DNA of 64,000 nucleotides from Gammaproteobacteria bacterium (GTDB lineage Bacteria; Pseudomonadota; Gammaproteobacteria; Francisellales; CACEW01): NCBI GenBank assembly GCA_029256015.1, contig JAQSYQ010000008.1, positions 3,041 to 67,040 of the forward strand, read 5' to 3'. Shown piece by piece: positions 58,201 to 64,000 of this stretch (position 1 is its first letter; each line of letters starts with the position of its first letter). The notes under the pieces were generated by a model. It saw only the letters and a program-made list of their open reading frames with translations, ran no database searches and was not told where the DNA came from. The position numbers and the translations under genes were made by a program.

Positions 58201-58335
58201 TTAGACGCTGAGGCGTTTTCTGCCTTTGGCACGTCTTGCATTAATGACTTTTCTGCCATTTTTTGTTGCCATGCGTGCTCTAAAGCCGTGAGTTCTCGCT
58301 TTGGTTTTGTTGTTTGCGCGTAATGTTCTTTTCAT
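58201..58335 (-). CDS. rpmH: 50S ribosomal protein L34
   Basis: Hand translation gives [44 protein letters not shown]. Absent from the ORF track because it is too short. Confidence 0.95.
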   Translation of the reverse strand: MKRTLRANNKTKARTHGFRARMATKNGRKVINARRAKGRKRLSV

Positions 58336-58779
58336 AATATCGATCCTAAATTAAAGCTTATCCTGATTAGGGATGAGCATTCTACTTTCCTTGCTGTCTC
58401 AAGTCAAGCTTATTTCTCAATTCCTGTTTGCCGCTTATATAATATTAAAAAGATCTTTTCTTTCTTTTTCTTTTTTATTTTCTTTATTAGAGGCGCCTTT
58501 TTCTGTGGATACATTTTTCTAGCCATTTAAAATAAGGCTTTTGAGAGCGATTCAAATTTTTGTAATGGGGTGCTTGAGTCCTGTTTATAACTGTGGATAA
58601 GTATGAGGGTGATTTTCAAGCATTTATTTATCCAAAGCCAATACACAGCATATAAAGTGTTTATAAAGCCTTATTTGACGAGGCTAAGGACATTTTTTTT
58701 GGATCACCCTTGCGAAGTTCGGGGTTTGTGATACTCTCTTTCGGGATGTGGATAACTTTTTTTGATAAGGTTTAATATA
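58336..58779. promoter_or_regulatory. rpmH-dnaA intergenic region with DnaA boxes and a T-rich tract: candidate oriC and/or autoregulated dnaA promoter
   Basis: Perfect TGTGGATAA at 58592-58600 and 58747-58755. 8/9 boxes at 58504-58512 (TGTGGATAC) and 58628-58636 (TTATCCAAA). AT-rich, T-rich tract at 58438-58490. GATC sites are present. Confidence 0.6.
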
Positions 58780-60123
58780 ATGTCGCTGTGGGTCAAATGT
58801 CTTACTCAATTGCAGACGGATCTGCCTGCTCAAGAATTCAGTACTTGGATTAGACCCTTGCAAGCGCAAGATTCTGACCAAGAATTAGTATTATATGCGC
58901 CGAACCGTTTTGTTATGGATTGGGTAGCCAAACGCTATCAACCAAAAATTGAAGCCATAGTGGTTGAAATTGATGCAGATAAAAAAGTAGTGGTAAGAGT
59001 GGGTGATATGCCTACCTATAATTCTGCTCAACCTAGACAAGAGCCTCCCGTTATTCAAGCCGAACCACAAGTAGTTCAGCCTAAAAAGCCAGCCTTTGTT
59101 CACGAAAGCGGCTTAAATCCCAAATTCACTTTTGATAACTTTGTAGAAGGTAAGTCAAACCAATTAGCTCGAGCTGCCGCGACTCAAGTCGTGGAAAATT
59201 TAGGTAAGGCCTATAACCCTCTGTTTTTATATGGAGGAGTGGGCTTAGGTAAAACTCACTTAATGCACGCAATTGGCAATGCTATTTTGACACAGAAACC
59301 TAATGCCAATATTGTCTACTTACATTCTGAACGCTTTGTAGCAGATATGGTAAAGGCTTTGCAAAGCAACGCTATTAACGATTTTAAGCAATATTATCGT
59401 TCTGTGGACGCGCTGCTTATCGATGATATCCAGTTTTTTGCCGGTAAAGACCGATCTCAAGAAGAATTTTTCCATACCTTTAATGCTTTGTTGGAAGGCC
59501 ATCAACAAATTGTGATGACCTGTGACCGTTATCCTAAAGAAATCAATGGATTAGAAGAAAGACTTAAATCCAGATTTGGCTGGGGATTGACCGTTTCGAT
59601 TGAGCCGCCTGATTTGGAAACTCGAGTCGCGATTTTGATCAATAAAGCGGTAGAATGCCAAGTGCCTTTGCAGCATGAAGTGGCCTTTTTTATCGCAAAA
59701 AGAGTGCGCTCTAATGTTCGTGAATTAGAAGGCGCTTTGAAAAGAGTGATCGCCAATGCCAAATTTACGGGAAATGAAATCACCATTGATTTTGTAAGAG
59801 AAGCCCTAAAAGATTTAATCAGCCTGCAGGACAAACTGGTCACTTTGGATAATATTCAAAAGACCGTAGCCGAATACTACAAAATTAAACTGTCGGATTT
59901 ATTGTCCAAGAGACGTAGTCGTTCTGTGGCAAGACCAAGACAAGTTGCGATGGCCTTATCTAAAGAGCTGACTAATCACAGTTTACCCGAAATTGGAGAG
60001 GCTTTTGGGGGCCGCGACCATACTACTGTTTTACATGCTTGCCGTACCATTGCCGAACTAAAAAATTCAGACCATGATATTGCCGAAGACTACGCTAATT
60101 TGCTTCGTACTTTATCAACCTAA
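58780..60123 (+). CDS. dnaA: chromosomal replication initiator protein DnaA
   Basis: [29 protein letters not shown] aligns with the E. coli N-terminus. Walker [12 protein letters not shown]-terminal DNA-binding domain. Confidence 0.98.
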   Translation: MSLWVKCLTQLQTDLPAQEFSTWIRPLQAQDSDQELVLYAPNRFVMDWVAKRYQPKIEAIVVEIDADKKVVVRVGDMPTYNSAQPRQEPPVIQAEPQVVQPKKPAFVHESGLNPKFTFDNFVEGKSNQLARAAATQVVENLGKAYNPLFLYGGVGLGKTHLMHAIGNAILTQKPNANIVYLHSERFVADMVKALQSNAINDFKQYYRSVDALLIDDIQFFAGKDRSQEEFFHTFNALLEGHQQIVMTCDRYPKEINGLEERLKSRFGWGLTVSIEPPDLETRVAILINKAVECQVPLQHEVAFFIAKRVRSNVRELEGALKRVIANAKFTGNEITIDFVREALKDLISLQDKLVTLDNIQKTVAEYYKIKLSDLLSKRRSRSVARPRQVAMALSKELTNHSLPEIGEAFGGRDHTTVLHACRTIAELKNSDHDIAEDYANLLRTLST

Positions 60124-60141
60124 TTCTAAGTGGAGTCCAAT

Positions 60142-61245
60142 ATGAAGTGCGTTATCCAAAGAGAAACTTTGCTTAAACCTCTACAGTCCATTATTGGTGT
60201 GGTGGAAAAGCGTCATACTATGGCTGTTTTAGCCAACATTTTAATTGTGGTAAAAGGCCAAGAGCTGCGTTTAACCGCCTCTGACCTAGAAATTGAGATG
60301 ATTTCTATAGTTAATTTAACTCAGGCTGCAACCGACGGTGCTATTACTGTCCCAGCCAGAAAAATTTTGGATATTTGCAGAAGCCTGCCAGAGAGTGCGC
60401 AGATTGAAATAAGCGCCGAAACCGCAAATAAAGTGACCATTAAATCCGGGCGAAGCCGCTTTAGTTTGGCTAGCCTTCCTGCTGAAAACTTTCCCAGCAT
60501 CGAAGGGAATATCGGTGAAATTCACGTTAAGCTTTCACAAAAAGCTTTTGCCGGATTGCTCAGACATACCTATTTTGCCATGGCGCAGCAAGATGTTCGC
60601 TATTTTTTAAATGGGATGCTGTTGGAAGTTTCCGAACATAATTTAAGAGCCGTTGCGACAGACGGGCACCGCTTGGCTATGGCCAATGAAACCGTAAAAG
60701 GGTATGCCGGAGTCACTCAGGTGATTGTTCCAAGAAAAGCCATTATTGAATTAATGAGACTGGTTGAGCCCACAGATGAGCCTATTGAGCTGACTTTTGG
60801 AACCAGCCATATTCGAGCCGTATTGCCTCAATTTACCTTTACTTCAAAACTATTAGATGGTCGTTATCCTGATTATAACCGAGTGATTCCAAGCCCTGGA
60901 GCTAATGTATTGTTAGCCGGCAAAGAAGTGTTGAAACAAGCTCTAAGCCGTACCGCGATTTTATCCAATGAAAAATATCGAGGAGTGCGCTTACAGTTTG
61001 AAGAAAAGCTATTGAAGTTGATGGCTAATAACCCAGAGCAAGAAGAAGCAGAGGACGAGTTAGAGGTAAATTACACTGGCAGTGAACTGGAAATCGGTTT
61101 TAACGTCAGCTACCTATTGGATGTACTTAATGCTATCGACGGCGAAGCAGTCAAAATTTCTTTGGCTAATGCCAATAGCAGCGCATTGGTTCAAGATAGA
61201 GACGATAGTAAGAATTTATATGTAGTTATGCCTATCCGCCTATAA
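60142..61245 (+). CDS. dnaN: DNA polymerase III beta sliding clamp
   Basis: MKCVIQRETLLKPLQ...; three-domain clamp length; GGAG upstream of the ATG at 60142. Confidence 0.97.
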   Translation: MKCVIQRETLLKPLQSIIGVVEKRHTMAVLANILIVVKGQELRLTASDLEIEMISIVNLTQAATDGAITVPARKILDICRSLPESAQIEISAETANKVTIKSGRSRFSLASLPAENFPSIEGNIGEIHVKLSQKAFAGLLRHTYFAMAQQDVRYFLNGMLLEVSEHNLRAVATDGHRLAMANETVKGYAGVTQVIVPRKAIIELMRLVEPTDEPIELTFGTSHIRAVLPQFTFTSKLLDGRYPDYNRVIPSPGANVLLAGKEVLKQALSRTAILSNEKYRGVRLQFEEKLLKLMANNPEQEEAEDELEVNYTGSELEIGFNVSYLLDVLNAIDGEAVKISLANANSSALVQDRDDSKNLYVVMPIRL

Positions 61246-61251
61246 TGCCGC

Positions 61252-61376
61252 TCCCCTCTCTGCATTATACTTTTGTTGCGCTTCCAAGCGAGTTTCCTCA
61301 TTACCTAATTACGGTAACTCTGATACTCGCTTCGCGCGCGCCTCAGTCTAACGCAGAGATAAAACCGGCTTCATTC
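61252..61376 (+). repeat. R2 element, copy b (downstream of dnaN), with terminal inverted repeat TCTCTGC/GCAGAGA
   Basis: See copy a. Internal stem GCGAGT...ACTCGC. Confidence 0.8.
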
Positions 61377-61393
61377 AGCATACGTCGTGCTAT

Positions 61394-62197
61394 ATGAAAA
61401 ATAATCGCACCAAGCTTTTAGACCAAGACTATCTGCAAGCTGAGTTTCCAGAGTTCACAATTGAAACTCATGTTAGTTTGCCTTCCACTCAAGACCATTT
61501 ACGCTCCAAATTGGATACATTAAATAAGCCCACAGTTTGTCTGGCGGAACAGCAAACGGCTGGCAGAGGTCAATATGTAAATCGCCAATGGGCTTCACCC
61601 TTTGCAGCTAATATTTATCTGTCTTATCTATATTTCAGCCATAAAAAACTTCATAAACTAGAAGGCCTAAGTCTTGTAGTGGGACTGGCTATAGTTCAAG
61701 TCATAAAGGAACTAGGGCTAGAGGTTAAAATTAAATGGCCCAACGATGTTTTTTGTCATGACAAAAAGCTGGCTGGGATTTTAGTGGAAGCTTTTAATGA
61801 CAAAGAGGCGGGCTCCAAAGTTATTATTGGAATTGGCCTTAATGTTAATATGAGCAAAGATGAAACCCAGCAGATTACTCAGGCCTGGACTTCGCTTAGC
61901 AATGAATCGGGCAAGCACTATGATCGCAATCTTATTGTGACTGCTTTGATGACTAGATTGCATTCGGATTTGCAGCGATTTGAACAAGAAGGCTTGCCGG
62001 GTTTTATGGCTCACTGGCAGCAAAGTGATTGGCTTTATAATAAAAAGCTGACTGTGCAATTTGGCTCCGAACAAATATGCGGTTTAGCAAAAGGCATTAA
62101 TGAGCAGGGGCATTTATTGTTGGAGCTGGAAAGCGGTGAAATTCGGGAGTTTGTGTCAGGCCAAATCAGCATAAAAAATAATAGAGCCTCAGTTTGA
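61394..62197 (+). CDS. birA: biotin--[acetyl-CoA-carboxylase] ligase (group I; no N-terminal HTH domain)
   Basis: QTAGRGQYVNRQWASPF and KWPNDV motifs. Only 267 aa. Confidence 0.88.
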   Translation: MKNNRTKLLDQDYLQAEFPEFTIETHVSLPSTQDHLRSKLDTLNKPTVCLAEQQTAGRGQYVNRQWASPFAANIYLSYLYFSHKKLHKLEGLSLVVGLAIVQVIKELGLEVKIKWPNDVFCHDKKLAGILVEAFNDKEAGSKVIIGIGLNVNMSKDETQQITQAWTSLSNESGKHYDRNLIVTALMTRLHSDLQRFEQEGLPGFMAHWQQSDWLYNKKLTVQFGSEQICGLAKGINEQGHLLLELESGEIREFVSGQISIKNNRASV

Positions 62198-62210
62198 GTT
62201 TATTGGTATA

Positions 62211-62409
62211 AGTCCCGGTATCGAGTTCGTTGCTTATGGTCGCAAGCGCTTGGAAAAATAAGGCTCAAGCTTGTAGATCCGTAGGATGCCGCAAGGGATG
62301 CGGCATGAGGCATACAAGATCAGGGACGTCTGTTATGCCTCATCTTAAGCTTGCGTGAAATTTTTACAAGAACAAGCTTGTGCAAAGTAACGAACTCGAT
62401 ACCGGGACT
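62211..62409 (+). repeat. R1 nested-palindrome element, copy d, enclosed by perfect 21-bp inverted repeats
   Basis: AGTCCCGGTATCGAGTTCGTT (62211-62231) and AACGAACTCGATACCGGGACT (62389-62409). The core is about 85-90% identical to copy c. Confidence 0.9.
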
Positions 62410-62507
62410 GTTTTAATTCAAGCTGAGGCTCTACCAAAAAAATAGCTTAATCGACAACGGCAGTCGAAATCGCTATCATTAAGCCATTGAATTGAAGGTC
62501 AAGATTT

Positions 62508-63419
62508 ATGCATATTCTCAAACTTCGTATTGCTACTCGTAAAAGCCCATTGGCCTTAGTGCAGGCACATTTCGTTGAAAAAAAACTTCAGCAATACTAC
62601 CCCGGCTTATCCATTGAGCTTGTAGAAATTACCACGACCGGCGATAAAATTCAGGATAGATCCTTAGCGGCAATTGGTGGAAAAGGCTTATTTGTTAAAG
62701 CCTTGGAGGAGGCCATGCTGAGAGGCGAAGCTGATTTTGCCGTTCACTCTTTAAAAGACGTTCCTCCAGAATTACCGCAAGGTTTTGTGCTGGCGGCGAT
62801 TGGAGAAAGAGAAAGCCCTTATGATGTGTTGGTCTCTAATCACTATGATAGCCTGAATGAATTGCCAAAAGGCGCTAAAGTGGGAACCTGTAGTTTTAGA
62901 CGAGCTGCTCAACTTTTACATATCAGGCCTGACTTAGAAGTTCAAGATATTCGTGGCAATGTCGATTCTAGACTTAAAAAGTTAGACGAAGGCCAATTTG
63001 AGGCTTTGGTTTTGGCAGAGGCTGGACTACGCAGATTGGGCTTAACACAGCGAATTAAACAAAGATTAGACAGCGATCTTCTGCCCTCGGTAGGGCAAGG
63101 GGCTTTAGCTTTGGAGTGTTTAAGCAATAATCGAGCCGTAATAGAAATGCTACAAAAGTTTAATCATCAGCCTACTCGTTTTTGCATCGAAGCAGAGCGT
63201 GCTATGAACAGGGGCCTACAGGCCAGTTGTTTTTCTCCGGTGGGAAGTTTTGCTGAAATCAAAAATCATGAGTTGGTTTTAAAAGGATTGGTAGCAAGCA
63301 AAGAGGGGAAGGTTGTCATTAGGACTACTCAGACAGGCAAGCCTGAACAGGCTGAAAAAATTGGCCAACTTGCTGCGGAAGATTTGCTAGTACAAGGCGC
63401 TGCAAAGTATTTGTCATGA
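62508..63419 (+). CDS. hemC: hydroxymethylbilane synthase (porphobilinogen deaminase)
   Basis: LRIATRKSPLALVQA, TTGDK and HSLKDVP motifs. Confidence 0.96.
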   Translation: MHILKLRIATRKSPLALVQAHFVEKKLQQYYPGLSIELVEITTTGDKIQDRSLAAIGGKGLFVKALEEAMLRGEADFAVHSLKDVPPELPQGFVLAAIGERESPYDVLVSNHYDSLNELPKGAKVGTCSFRRAAQLLHIRPDLEVQDIRGNVDSRLKKLDEGQFEALVLAEAGLRRLGLTQRIKQRLDSDLLPSVGQGALALECLSNNRAVIEMLQKFNHQPTRFCIEAERAMNRGLQASCFSPVGSFAEIKNHELVLKGLVASKEGKVVIRTTQTGKPEQAEKIGQLAAEDLLVQGAAKYLS

Positions 63420-64000
63420 CAAAAAACTTGCTTGGATTAACTGTTTTAATTACCCGGCCCAGACCCCAAGGCGAACAATTAGCTAAGCTTATTCAAGCAG
63501 AGGGTGGGCACAGTTTTGTCTGGCCTTGTTTGGAAATTGTCCCAAGCCCCAGTCTCAAACATATCTCTGATTCTGTTAGAAAAATTGACCAAAATGGATT
63601 GTTTGTTTTTGTCAGCCCCAACGCGGTTGCGTATACTTTTTCTGCTTTAAACCAGGCTGAAAAACAAAGGTTGCAACATTCCCCTTTAATCGCCATTGGA
63701 GAGGGAACGGCTAAAGCCTTAAATGAGCAAGGCTGCTTGCAGGTTGCGTATCCAGAACGGGCCTATAGTGAAGGCTTATTGAATTTGCCGCAATTACACA
63801 ATGTTGAGGGCAAGTCTATTCTGATTTTCAGAGGCCAATCCGGTCGGGAATTGATATTTGACAGCCTGTTAGAAAAAAAGGCTAAAGTAGAATATGTTGA
63901 AGTCTATCATCGCCAAAAACCCGATACGGATCCCCAAAAATTAATCCAAGCTTGGCGCAATAAAGCTTTTGATATTGTTATAGCAACGAGCAGTGAAGGG
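63416..64000 (+). CDS. hemD: uroporphyrinogen-III synthase (3' end beyond the window)
   Basis: Hand translation from the ATG at 63416 (ATGA overlap with the hemC stop) gives MTKNLLGLTVLITRPRPQGEQLAKLIQAEGG.... The frame stays open to the window end. Confidence 0.85.
   Translation, partial: MTKNLLGLTVLITRPRPQGEQLAKLIQAEGGHSFVWPCLEIVPSPSLKHISDSVRKIDQNGLFVFVSPNAVAYTFSALNQAEKQRLQHSPLIAIGEGTAKALNEQGCLQVAYPERAYSEGLLNLPQLHNVEGKSILIFRGQSGRELIFDSLLEKKAKVEYVEVYHRQKPDTDPQKLIQAWRNKAFDIVIATSSEG

Noticed and set aside
58684-58881. 65-aa minus-strand ORF spanning the dnaA promoter and the 5' end of dnaA
   Set aside because: It overlaps the DnaA boxes and the start of dnaA, and has no SD. It is a chance ORF in AT-rich sequence.

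Overview
This 64-kb chromosomal window comes from an AT-rich (about 40% GC by eye) gammaproteobacterium. Gene content and order look Legionellales/Coxiellaceae-like, but that is inference only. Most of the window is core genome. It holds a truncated dcw cell-division cluster (ftsW-murG-murC-murB-ftsQ-ftsA-ftsZ-lpxC, minus strand), hslVU, sbcB, glnA, thiL, engB, epmB, msrA, folE and cbpAM. It also holds pstS, a porin, coaD and a complete SufU-type suf operon (rrf2-sufBCDSUA-sufT). The replication-origin neighbourhood is present: mnmG, mnmE, yidC-yidD-rnpA-rpmH, then dnaA-dnaN, followed by birA, hemC and partial hemD. I saw no rRNA, tRNA, CRISPR array, transposase, integrase or phage genes. Three kinds of sequence are not explained by housekeeping annotation. 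(1) A five-gene same-strand cluster of orphan small membrane proteins at 49.2-51.8 kb is built from two paralog pairs, and several of its proteins are unusually dense in N-X-S/T sequons. (2) A three-gene orphan block at 19.4-22.3 kb sits between glnA and a gltB-like gene: two paralogous acidic helical-repeat proteins flank a long coiled-coil protein. (3) At least four families of intergenic palindromic, MITE/REP-like elements are present. One family has four copies whose hairpin stems differ in sequence but stay complementary. Another sits inside the suf operon. A third lies at two places where conserved gene order is broken. Several ORF-track N-termini (ftsW, sufC, thiL) are artefactual read-through into these repeats and were trimmed. 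All functional calls rest on motif recognition by eye; no database search was run.
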